A stretch of 32,000 bases of DNA, taken from positions 1,860,001 to 1,892,000 of the forward strand of contig OW818653.1 of NCBI GenBank assembly GCA_942492995.1. The letters are read 5' to 3'. Below the pieces are notes generated by a model, which was not told the DNA's origin, made no database searches, and saw only the letters and a program-made list of their open reading frames with translations. A program made the position numbers and the translations under genes. Numbering within the stretch: position 1 is the first letter of the stretch; each line of letters starts with the position of its first letter. Positions 7,247-15,998 of this stretch are shown piece by piece. This DNA comes from an uncultured Erysipelotrichaceae bacterium (GTDB lineage: Bacteria; Bacillota_I; Bacilli_A; Erysipelotrichales; Erysipelotrichaceae).

Positions 7247-8383
7247 ATGTCAGTTTTAATGCTTAATAATTTCCCTACCGATTGTCCGTTTAATGAAAAA
7301 GGTCCATTTATAAGTCTTTATCTAACAACGCATAATCACTCTAACGAAAGTAAGAATGATCGTATTGTACTCAAGAACTTAATTGCTCAAGCGAAAGATA
7401 AATTAGTCAAAGACTACAATAAAATCGAAATAGAAGAATTTCTAGAACCACTCTATACGCTTGAGAAGGAAAGTCCATTCTGGTCATTCAATCAAGCTGG
7501 TTTAGCGATATTCTTAAATGCGAAGAATTGTTATATTTATCGATTACCATTTGAAATAAACAATCAAGTTAGTTATTCAGAACGATTAAATTTCAAACCA
7601 CTTATTCGTATGTTTCAAAATTTAGTACATTTCTATATATTAGCTTTAAATCGCGATTACTTTAAACTATATGAAGTTAATGGTAAATCAATAGAAACAG
7701 TTAAACTTGATCCAAGTGTACTCGTTAAGGCAAAAGATGTTATAGGTGATCAAAGAACTGAAAACTTTAGTACAGTCGGTGGTTTCAGTGCGCCTGGTGT
7801 ACAAGGTATGACACATGGCCATGGTGGTAAGAAAGATGATATTGATATTGATACAGAAAAATACATTCGTTATGTTGAACAAACAGTACATACACATCTA
7901 ACGAAAGATAAACCACTTCCAATCGTATTAGTAAGTTTACCTAAGACACATATTTTATATCGAAAGATTAATAAGAATAAATATCTTTATGAAAAGGGAA
8001 TTATTAAATCACCTGATTCTATGACAAATGAAGAGTTATTAGAAGAAAGCACAAAATTAATTGAAAAAGTGTTTGAGGAAGAATTGATACGAATGACAGA
8101 TAGTGCTCGTAAATCAATCGAATTAAGTAAAGCAAGTGAAGATATACATCAGATTGTTAAATCAATTAAATCCAATCAAGTTGAGACGTTATTCCTAATC
8201 GATGATCGTAAATTATATGGGTATGTTGATTGGGAAAACCAAACAGTCGAAGTAAATAAGAAATCAGAAGTTGATATATTCGAAGAATTTGCGGAAAAGG
8301 TTATTTTATCTGGTAAACAAATTTATGTAGTTGATAAAGAATGGTTAAAAGTTGGAAGTGGTATTCTAGCTCAATTCCGTTAA
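7247..8383 (+). CDS. Bacterial archaeo-eukaryotic release factor-like (baeRF family, eRF1/Pelota fold) protein
   Basis: AAAGGAGG RBS before ATG 7247. Colinear with the baeRF pattern as I recall it: PFISLYLTTHNHSNESKNDRIVLKNL..., F-KPLIRMF, FYILALNRDYFKLYEV, MTHGHGGKKDD, YIRYVEQ, PLPIVLVSLP, C-terminal VETLFL ... IYVVDKEWL ... ILAQFR. Confidence 0.55.
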   Translation: MSVLMLNNFPTDCPFNEKGPFISLYLTTHNHSNESKNDRIVLKNLIAQAKDKLVKDYNKIEIEEFLEPLYTLEKESPFWSFNQAGLAIFLNAKNCYIYRLPFEINNQVSYSERLNFKPLIRMFQNLVHFYILALNRDYFKLYEVNGKSIETVKLDPSVLVKAKDVIGDQRTENFSTVGGFSAPGVQGMTHGHGGKKDDIDIDTEKYIRYVEQTVHTHLTKDKPLPIVLVSLPKTHILYRKINKNKYLYEKGIIKSPDSMTNEELLEESTKLIEKVFEEELIRMTDSARKSIELSKASEDIHQIVKSIKSNQVETLFLIDDRKLYGYVDWENQTVEVNKKSEVDIFEEFAEKVILSGKQIYVVDKEWLKVGSGILAQFR

Positions 8384-8493
8384 GATTTACAACGTTGAGT
8401 TAGTTAGTGACTTAATCGAATGATATTCATAATTTTTTCAAACCATGATAGAATGAATCCAAGTTTACTTAAGAAAGCAGTTAATATTACACT

Positions 8494-9078
8494 ATGAACC
8501 AAGATTTGACTAAAACAATATACATATTACTAACCAATACAGGTAGTTTGTTTTCTACTGCAATTGGTTTTTATACGAGACAAAGATTCAATCATGTATC
8601 CATTGCGCTTAATGATGATTTTAAAGCGATCTATAGTTTTGGACGTAAACATCCTAAGAATCCAATTGTTGGTGGATTTGTGAATGAAATTGAAACACAG
8701 ATTTATGAACACTTTGAAAGTACAAGTTGTATCGTATTAAAGAAAACAGTAAGTGCAGAAAAGTATGCACGTATATTGGAGTCGATAAATAAGTTTGAGA
8801 ATGAAAAGTATATCTATAGTTATAACTTAATTGGATTTGCAGGATTTATTGTGAATGTCCCAATTAAACGAAATAATGCGTTCTTCTGTTCGCAGTTTGT
8901 TGGGGAAGTATTAAAACAAGGGGGTGTTGATTTTACGTCAAAACCATCTGAACTTGTAAAGCCTTCTGATTTCCTTCAACATGCTAAATTTGAACAAGTC
9001 TATAATGGTGATTTGATACAGTTCTTATCTGATCCAAAGAAACATTTATATCATCAACCAATTGAATTTTATCTATAA
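8494..9078 (+). CDS. YiiX/YaeF-like permuted papain-fold (NlpC/P60 clan) protein
   Basis: His-before-Cys order: RFNHVSIAL near the N-terminus and AFFCSQFVGEVL later, as in the permuted C92-type amidases. Confidence 0.45.
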   Translation: MNQDLTKTIYILLTNTGSLFSTAIGFYTRQRFNHVSIALNDDFKAIYSFGRKHPKNPIVGGFVNEIETQIYEHFESTSCIVLKKTVSAEKYARILESINKFENEKYIYSYNLIGFAGFIVNVPIKRNNAFFCSQFVGEVLKQGGVDFTSKPSELVKPSDFLQHAKFEQVYNGDLIQFLSDPKKHLYHQPIEFYL

Positions 9079-9083
9079 CATCG

Positions 9084-9109
9084 AACACACTTTAAAGAGT
9101 GTGTTTTTT
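9084..9109. terminator. Bidirectional terminator between convergent genes
   Basis: Stem AACACACT/AGTGTGTT with loop TTAAAG, then TTTTTT. Confidence 0.6.
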
Positions 9110-9761
9110 ATAACCATAGGAAGTATGCGATTAAACATTGTGCAAAATGATAAAAGATTAAGTAGAACAAAATAAGTGAATTGTATTTATGTTTAATAAA
9201 GTAAACATGGAATAAAATCATATCAGAGATAAAAAACGAAACTAACCCTATTGTAAGTAATAGTATAGGGAAGCTTTGGTTAACCATTAAATGAAATAAT
9301 GAACTAAACATTGTACTACTCAATAAGAAAATATAAACGATAAGAAAATAAGCTTTTTGTGTAAATTGAATATGCGGATTGAGTTTTACATATTGCCAAA
9401 ACAATAAAATATAAATTATAGATAATACAAATGGCCAATAATTGAAATGACTTAATTGTAAGTATAGTAAATAATACAATTGAGTAATAGAGAAACTACC
9501 GATACCAATTAAGAATCCTAGTTTTAATTTTTCTTTTAATCCAAGGAATAAATCACCGATAAAAGAGAAGATGAGTCCCATTACCAATAGATACTTTAAC
9601 AAAGGGATTGAATGATTAATAATCATAAAGAGTGCTAAACCGAGATAATGTGTACACGTAATTAATTTAATGATTAATCGATATTTTGATTGTTTAAAAA
9701 TAGACACATAAATGAGTAGAGTTAAGGCGATTATATAACTAATTATGAAATATATATTCAT
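9108..9761 (-). CDS. YhhN family (lysoplasmalogenase-like) membrane protein
   Basis: Eight hydrophobic segments with the two family motifs FIGDLFLG and FFISDMILF. Confidence 0.7.
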   Translation of the reverse strand: MNIYFIISYIIALTLLIYVSIFKQSKYRLIIKLITCTHYLGLALFMIINHSIPLLKYLLVMGLIFSFIGDLFLGLKEKLKLGFLIGIGSFSITQLYYLLYLQLSHFNYWPFVLSIIYILLFWQYVKLNPHIQFTQKAYFLIVYIFLLSSTMFSSLFHLMVNQSFPILLLTIGLVSFFISDMILFHVYFIKHKYNSLILFYLIFYHFAQCLIAYFLWL

Positions 9762-9862
9762 ATAAATAATTATAAGTTAAATTAAATAAATTTACTTAAC
9801 TATCTAGATAAATCATTTTAGATTATCGATATTTAAGTGTTAGAATATTAACAGAGGTTTAT

Positions 9863-11023
9863 ATGATTAAACAATTGATCGAACAATACTATAAAGAGAC
9901 GAGTCTTTTAAGACAATCAATTCATCAAGAACCAGAGATAGCGTTTGAAGAGTTCAAAACAAGTCAAAAGGTGATGGATTTTTTAGATAAGTATGGAATA
10001 CCATATAAATCAGGCATTGCGAAAACAGGAATACTCGCCACAATCGTAGGAAATAAACCAGGGAAAACAGTCTTGTTGAGAGCTGATATGGATGCACTTC
10101 CAATGGATGAGAATCCAAACAATCCATACGCATCAAAGATACCAGGTAGAATGCATGCTTGTGGTCATGATGGTCATACTGCTGGATTATGTATGAGCGC
10201 TGCAGTTCTCAATCAAATGAAAGATGAGATTCATGGCACAATAAAATTCTTGTTTCAACCTGCTGAAGAAGCAGATGGTGGCGCATTACCAATGATTGAA
10301 GAAGGCGCATTGGATGGTGTAGATGCGGCGTTTGGGGCACATTTATGGGGATCAAACAAAGAAGGAACCATATCACTTAAACCAGGTGTACTGATGGCAT
10401 CACCAGATAACTTTAAAATAACAGTCAAAGGAGTTGGGGGACATGGTTCAGCTCCACATCTCGCGATTGATCCAATTCTAATCGCATCACAAATAGTCGT
10501 ATCGCTTCAAACAATTATTTCACGAAAAATCAGTCCACTTGAATCGTGCGTAATAACAGTAGGTAAGTTTCATGGAGGTACAGCTCCTAATATAATTCCT
10601 GAAGAAGTAATCTTAGAAGGAACGCTTCGTACGCTAAATAATGATGTTAGAGCAGTTGTGCCTAATCTAATGAAAGACTTGGTTGAGAACATTGCACAAA
10701 GCTATGGTGGTAAGGCACTATTCGAATATCAACCTGCCTATCCAGTTCTTGTGAATGATGAAAAAATGACAACTATTGCCTATAACGCAATCAATGAATT
10801 CATTACACCAGATTATATAAAAATATTAGATAAACCAGATATGGGTGGAGAAGACTTTGCGTATATTGCACAGAAAGTACCAAGTTGTTTCATGTATGTT
10901 GGAATTATGAAAAATCAGCCTATTTCGCATCATCATCCAGATTTCTATTTTGATGATATCAACCTTAAAATACTATCTGAGACATTGATTCGTTGTGCAT
11001 TGACGTTTCTAAAGGAAAATTAA
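9863..11023 (+). CDS. M20D family amidohydrolase (N-acyl-amino acid / hippurate hydrolase-like)
   Basis: LRQSIHQEPEIAFEEFKT..., LLRADMDALP..., MHACGHDGH..., FQPAEE... are canonical M20D motifs. Confidence 0.85.
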   Translation: MIKQLIEQYYKETSLLRQSIHQEPEIAFEEFKTSQKVMDFLDKYGIPYKSGIAKTGILATIVGNKPGKTVLLRADMDALPMDENPNNPYASKIPGRMHACGHDGHTAGLCMSAAVLNQMKDEIHGTIKFLFQPAEEADGGALPMIEEGALDGVDAAFGAHLWGSNKEGTISLKPGVLMASPDNFKITVKGVGGHGSAPHLAIDPILIASQIVVSLQTIISRKISPLESCVITVGKFHGGTAPNIIPEEVILEGTLRTLNNDVRAVVPNLMKDLVENIAQSYGGKALFEYQPAYPVLVNDEKMTTIAYNAINEFITPDYIKILDKPDMGGEDFAYIAQKVPSCFMYVGIMKNQPISHHHPDFYFDDINLKILSETLIRCALTFLKEN

Positions 11024-11098
11024 CAAAATCTTAACATAAGTCTTGTTTTGTTAAAAAGCGTTATCAATTATAATGAGAAAGCGATTAAAGGAGAACAT

Positions 11099-12790
11099 AT
11101 GATTCTGACAAGTACCGTTACTTTCATGGATATCAATTGGCAAGCCATTTTAGGGGGCTTAGGTTTATTCTTATTTGGAATTAAGTTTATGGGTGATGGT
11201 TTAAAATCATTAGCCGGAGATAAATTAAGAGATATTATTGATAAATATACATCCAAACCTTGGATGGGATTAATTATCGGTATGTTTGTGACTTTGATCA
11301 TTCAATCATCATCTGCGACTACCGCAATCACTATTGGTTTCGTACGTGCTGGATTAATGAGACTTGATCAAACCGTTGGGATTATTTTTGGGGCAAACAT
11401 TGGGACAACCATTACTGCCTTCTTAGTTGGTTTAAAAGTTGAAAAATACTCATTGTTCTTCATTTTCATAGGCGCAATGTTACTCTTGTTCTCAAAACGT
11501 AAGAAACAAGGTTATGTTGGAGAAATTACATTAGGCTTTGGGATGTTATTCTATGGATTAATGTTAATGGGAGACGCATTGAAAGTATTAAAAGATATTG
11601 ATGCTTTCCATCAGTTAGCTATTACAATGTCTAATCAACCTTGGTTAGCTGTTGGTGGCGGTATTATCATGACGGGTATAATTCAATCCTCCAGTGCCAT
11701 GATTGGGATTATTCAAAAAATATATGAAGCAGGCGGTATGCCATTCGCAGCCGCATTACCATTCGTTTTCGGTTCAAACATTGGGACAACTGTTACAGCC
11801 GCATTAGCTGCGATGGGTGGATCACTCGCATCACGTCGTGCTGCTGGTATTCATACTTTGTTTAATGTATTGATGACGATTGTCGCTATGTTAATGTTAC
11901 CAATATATATTACTGCAATTAATTATTTAACTGGATTATGGGGTTTAGAACCGATGATGCAGATTGCAGTTGCACACATTATCTTTAATGCAGTTGGGAC
12001 AATATTGTTCTATCCATTTATTAAACAAATGGTTTGGACAGTTAAGAAGGTTATTCGTGGAGATGAAAAAGAACGTATTGATATTAATACGGGAGATTTC
12101 GATTCAGGTTTAGCGCATGATTTACCAACAGCTGCGTTAGGTGTTGCGAAACGTGCGACATTGAAGATGGGTGAAATATCTACTGAAGTTATTGAAACCG
12201 CTAAACATTACTTTAATAAAGAGAATAAAACTACATTGGATTCAGTTTCACAGTTAGAAGATATTATTAATAACTTTGATACTAAGATTACAGATTACTT
12301 ATTATTGATCTCAAAAGAAAAATTAAATGAAGATGATATTGAACAGAATTCAATTAATCTACAAATTGTTAAGAACTTAGAACGTATTGGTGACTTAACA
12401 ATGAACTTAGGTGAATTCTTTGACTTAGTCTATGACGCAAGAGAATCATTCTCACCTCAAGCGCTTGAAGAAGTAAACAATATGTTTGACTTAGTTATAC
12501 ATATGTTAAATCGTTCATTGAAGATTTATGAACATAATGATTTCTCATTATTACAATCTGTTAAAGAAGATGAGACATACTTAGACTTACTAGAAAGTAA
12601 AGCTAGAAATAATCACTTTGCACGTATGCGTAGTGATGAATGCCCTACTACGATTGGTGGTAGCGTATTCGTAGATATCTTAGGTACATTAGAACGTATG
12701 GGTGACCATGCGGAGAACATTGCACGTGCTGTGTTTAATGTTCATACTCAACATGAAGCTAAGAAAGCTGCAGAAGAAGATTTAATCTAA
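11099..12790 (+). CDS. Na+/phosphate cotransporter family protein with C-terminal PhoU-like domains
   Basis: AAAGGAGAA RBS before ATG 11099. Duplicated QSSSA(T/M) transporter motifs (IIQSSSATTAI, IIQSSSAMIGI) plus PhoU-like repeats (LERIGD, LERMGDHAENIA). Confidence 0.85.
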   Translation: MILTSTVTFMDINWQAILGGLGLFLFGIKFMGDGLKSLAGDKLRDIIDKYTSKPWMGLIIGMFVTLIIQSSSATTAITIGFVRAGLMRLDQTVGIIFGANIGTTITAFLVGLKVEKYSLFFIFIGAMLLLFSKRKKQGYVGEITLGFGMLFYGLMLMGDALKVLKDIDAFHQLAITMSNQPWLAVGGGIIMTGIIQSSSAMIGIIQKIYEAGGMPFAAALPFVFGSNIGTTVTAALAAMGGSLASRRAAGIHTLFNVLMTIVAMLMLPIYITAINYLTGLWGLEPMMQIAVAHIIFNAVGTILFYPFIKQMVWTVKKVIRGDEKERIDINTGDFDSGLAHDLPTAALGVAKRATLKMGEISTEVIETAKHYFNKENKTTLDSVSQLEDIINNFDTKITDYLLLISKEKLNEDDIEQNSINLQIVKNLERIGDLTMNLGEFFDLVYDARESFSPQALEEVNNMFDLVIHMLNRSLKIYEHNDFSLLQSVKEDETYLDLLESKARNNHFARMRSDECPTTIGGSVFVDILGTLERMGDHAENIARAVFNVHTQHEAKKAAEEDLI

Positions 12791-12800
12791 TTTTAAATAA

Positions 12801-12838
12801 AATGTATTCCAAATTAATTATATGGAATACATTTTTTT
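12801..12838 (+). terminator. Intrinsic terminator after the Na/Pi transporter gene
   Basis: 11-bp stem AATGTATTCCA/TGGAATACATT followed by TTTTT. Confidence 0.7.
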
Positions 12839-12895
12839 ATTGTCCATAAAAGCTAATTTCTATTAGAAACTTAAAAGCGTTATAATGATACTGTT

Positions 12896-14308
12896 ATGAA
12901 ACAAAATCTTAAAGAGAGAATAAAGAATTTTGGGATCGTTATTGGAATATTAATCGTTTCTACACTTGTGTCCTATATCTTTAGTTTCCTTAAATTCCAA
13001 GAAGCCACAATCATTATCATCTATATGCTTGCGGTAATCTTCATCTCACAAATTACGACAAACTATATTTATGGTTTTTATGCATCGGTAATAAGTGTTT
13101 TAGCATTCAACTTCTTCTTTACTCATCCACTTTATACCTTTAATATTTCACAACCTGATTATTTGTTTACGTTCTTTATTATGTTTCTCGCAAGTTTTTT
13201 ATCTAGTTCATTAACATCTAAACTTAAGAATGAGAAACAACTCTCGCAACTTAAAACAAACCAAGTATTACTCGTAGAAGCAATTAATCATAGTTTTCAA
13301 ATCTATGATATTCAAAACGCATTACTTAGTAGTATGAATCTTATCGCTGAAAATTGTCATGCGTATTGTGAATTATTTGTGCATTTAAACCAAATGCATT
13401 TTGAAGATAAAACTCAAAATTCGATGTATATAAATTCGAATTTAAAATATGAGTGTTTAATCTATGTTAATAAAATCGAAGTTGGAAAACTTAAATTAAT
13501 TACTCATAACGAATTACCAGAAAACTGGATCTTTATGATTGGTGATCTATTGAGTCAGAATATTGAAAGACATGATTTAGTAGAACGACAAAATAAAGCA
13601 CAGTTTGAAATAAGTGAACAGAAGATGCGGAATAATTTATTAAGCGCAATATCCCATGATCTAAGAACACCGCTTGCGACAATTGTAGGAAGTAGTGACA
13701 CCCTTATTGAAAACTTAGATAAACTCAACCAAGACGAACAAAAAGAATTGTTGTTAAATATAAAGAAAGATTCAATGTGGTTGATAAACTCTGTTGAGAA
13801 TATTCTTAGTTTTATGCGCGTTGAAGAAGGAATTAATCTAAGTGTTCAACTCGAATCTGTTGAAGAACTCTTCGGGGATATTTTAAGTCGTATGGTCACA
13901 AGAGTTCCACAGAAACTTGTTCTAGATATACCTAAAGAACCAATTTATACGTATATGGATATACAATTAATGGGCAAAGTACTATTGAACTTAGTGGATA
14001 ATGCGTCAAAATACTCACCTCGTGATAGTAAAATTACACTAAGAGCATTAGTAATTAAAAATCGATTAATTTATGAAGTAATTGATGAAGGTGAAGGAAT
14101 TGCGGATAATCAAAAGAAACATGTCTTTGAACGTTATGTGACGACCTCTTCTAATTTTTCCAATCAACGTAAAGGATTGGGGCTTGGTTTAGCAATCTGT
14201 AAATCAATTGTAGAAGCACATAAGGGTAGGATAATCGTGAAGGATAATCAACCAAAGGGTTGTATATTCCATTGTGAATTTCCATATGAAGGAGTAAATC
14301 ATGAGTAA
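12896..14308 (+). CDS. kdpD: KdpD-type sensor histidine kinase, C-terminal half only (DUF4118 membrane domain, GAF-like linker, HisKA, HATPase)
   Basis: Four TM segments at the N-terminus, H-box LLSAISHDLRTPL, N-box LVDNASKYSP, G-boxes DEGEGI and GLGLGLAIC. At 470 aa there is no N-terminal KdpD/Usp sensor domain. Confidence 0.75.
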   Translation: MKQNLKERIKNFGIVIGILIVSTLVSYIFSFLKFQEATIIIIYMLAVIFISQITTNYIYGFYASVISVLAFNFFFTHPLYTFNISQPDYLFTFFIMFLASFLSSSLTSKLKNEKQLSQLKTNQVLLVEAINHSFQIYDIQNALLSSMNLIAENCHAYCELFVHLNQMHFEDKTQNSMYINSNLKYECLIYVNKIEVGKLKLITHNELPENWIFMIGDLLSQNIERHDLVERQNKAQFEISEQKMRNNLLSAISHDLRTPLATIVGSSDTLIENLDKLNQDEQKELLLNIKKDSMWLINSVENILSFMRVEEGINLSVQLESVEELFGDILSRMVTRVPQKLVLDIPKEPIYTYMDIQLMGKVLLNLVDNASKYSPRDSKITLRALVIKNRLIYEVIDEGEGIADNQKKHVFERYVTTSSNFSNQRKGLGLGLAICKSIVEAHKGRIIVKDNQPKGCIFHCEFPYEGVNHE

Positions 14309-14984
14309 GATATTAATCATCGAAGATGATCATTCATTAAGAAGTTTTATGCGTGTGTTACTCAGTGCTCAAAACTATTTGGTAGATGAAGCGAATGATG
14401 GCAAACAAGGGATTACATTAGCGCTAAGTACACAACCAGATATCATAATTTTAGACTTAGGATTACCTGATATCGATGGATTAACAATTATTGAACAAAT
14501 ACGTGAACATGTAACCGCAAGTATCATTGTCGTTAGTGCACGTGATAAAGAGAATGATAAAATTACCGCATTAGATAATGGGGCAGATGATTATTTGACT
14601 AAGCCATTTAACGCGCAAGAATTACTTGCACGTATACGTGTAGGTCTTAGACATCAATCCCGTGGCATTAGTGAAGTTGAGACAAGCTTATGCATCAAAG
14701 ATATTTGCGTTGATTTTGATAAACATCGTGTGTTTAATGGACAAGATGAAGTACATTTAACGCCAATTGAATATGAAATACTTAGCTTATTAGTTAAGAA
14801 TCATGGCAAAGTATTAACACATCATTTCATTTTAAAAAACATCTGGGGAAGTCAAAGTATTGATTCAGATATTCAAACATTACGTGTCACGATGGCAAAT
14901 TTACGTCGTAAAATTGAGAAGGATCCTGCTCAACCGACATACATTATTACTGAAATTGGCATTGGTTATCGCTTCTTAGATTAA
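14301..14984 (+). CDS. kdpE: OmpR/PhoB-family response regulator, KdpE-like
   Basis: Receiver domain (KILIIEDD, IILDLGLPDIDG, SARD, KPF) plus winged-helix output (LTPIEYEILSLL..., GIGYRF). Overlaps the kinase gene by 8 nt. Confidence 0.8.
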   Translation: MSKILIIEDDHSLRSFMRVLLSAQNYLVDEANDGKQGITLALSTQPDIIILDLGLPDIDGLTIIEQIREHVTASIIVVSARDKENDKITALDNGADDYLTKPFNAQELLARIRVGLRHQSRGISEVETSLCIKDICVDFDKHRVFNGQDEVHLTPIEYEILSLLVKNHGKVLTHHFILKNIWGSQSIDSDIQTLRVTMANLRRKIEKDPAQPTYIITEIGIGYRFLD

Positions 14985-14988
14985 CATC

Positions 14989-15051
14989 TTTATACCAATT
15001 TTATACAAACCTAGGTTTATTAATACTGTTTTTATACAGTATTTTTTATAC
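14989..15051 (+). promoter_or_regulatory. Four TTTATAC direct repeats (candidate KdpE-type boxes) overlapping a weak hairpin, upstream of the TPR-trk operon
   Basis: TTTATAC occurs at 14989, 15000 (11-bp pitch), 15031 and 15045. Hairpin AATACTGT/ACAGTATT lies at 15022-15043. A GGAGG RBS at 15058 follows. Confidence 0.4.
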
Positions 15052-15069
15052 TTTGTTTGGAGGTTTTGT

Positions 15070-15342
15070 ATGAATACTGAACATGAAGATAGAATACTTT
15101 ATGCGATTCAATCGAATCAATTCGATAAAGCGAAGGAATATATCGCAATCGCATTTAAGGAAGAATATGAATTATCAAAATTATTAATGTATACCGCATT
15201 CATTTTTGAGAAAAACAAACAAATCGCTAAAGCAATGCGTCATTATCGTGCAGCTTTAGATATTGATGGGACAAATGATGTGGCACTATACAATTTATAT
15301 CGATTGGGTGACGCGAGTAAAGAACCCATTCGATATCGCTAG
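15070..15342 (+). CDS. Small TPR-like protein
   Basis: 90 aa helical protein with TPR-like repeats (AKAMRHYRAALDIDGTNDVALYNLYRLG). Its stop overlaps the AGGAG RBS of the next gene. Confidence 0.45.
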   Translation: MNTEHEDRILYAIQSNQFDKAKEYIAIAFKEEYELSKLLMYTAFIFEKNKQIAKAMRHYRAALDIDGTNDVALYNLYRLGDASKEPIRYR

Positions 15343-15350
15343 GAGCACAT

Positions 15351-15998
15351 ATGTACGTAATTATAGTAGGCTGTGAACTCATTGGTGCACGTATCGCAAA
15401 AGAACTTGCGAATTTGAACCAAGATGTTGTCGTAATTGAACGTAATGAATCCAAATTAGAAGCACTTTCAAGTGGTTTTAATGGCATGATTCTACATGGT
15501 ATAGAATTTGACCAAGATAATCTAATACAAGCAGGAATCGAAAAAGCAGATGTTGTATTAGCTTTAACAGATGATGATAATCTAAATATTACGGTTAGCT
15601 TAGTCGCTTCAAAAGTTTTTAATGTGAAACGGGTAATTGCTCAAGTAATTGATCCTAATCGACGTTATCTATATGAATTATTAAGTATAGAATCATTTAG
15701 TCCAATCAAGATGGGTGTTAATTCACTCTTATCTAAACTAGATATCGCACCAGTTGAACAACTTGTACAAGTAAGTTCTGGAATTGAAATCACACGTATC
15801 GAAGTTAAACGTGTACTTCCAATAAAAGTAAGAGAAATATTTGAACAAGCGAATACGATCATAAGTGTGTTAGTACACAATGGTGTTTCATCGATTTGTG
15901 ATGCGGAGACGATGATTGAATATGGTGACTTAGTGGTATGTAGTCATCATGTTAGAGATCGTATGAAACTAACAGAATTGTTGGTACAGGAGGGTTAA
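15351..15998 (+). CDS. trkA: TrkA/KtrA-type RCK subunit, paralogue 1 (degenerate glycine motif)
   Basis: TrkA-N plus TrkA-C architecture, 215 aa. The dinucleotide-fold motif reads VGCELIG (GxExxG) instead of GxGxxG. Confidence 0.75.
   Translation: MYVIIVGCELIGARIAKELANLNQDVVVIERNESKLEALSSGFNGMILHGIEFDQDNLIQAGIEKADVVLALTDDDNLNITVSLVASKVFNVKRVIAQVIDPNRRYLYELLSIESFSPIKMGVNSLLSKLDIAPVEQLVQVSSGIEITRIEVKRVLPIKVREIFEQANTIISVLVHNGVSSICDAETMIEYGDLVVCSHHVRDRMKLTELLVQEG

Noticed and set aside
14985-15069. c-di-AMP (ydaO/kimA-type) riboswitch upstream of the K+ uptake operon.
   Set aside because: The intergenic space is only 85 nt and consists of TTTATAC repeats plus one short hairpin. That is too short and lacks the pseudo-two-fold architecture of that riboswitch.
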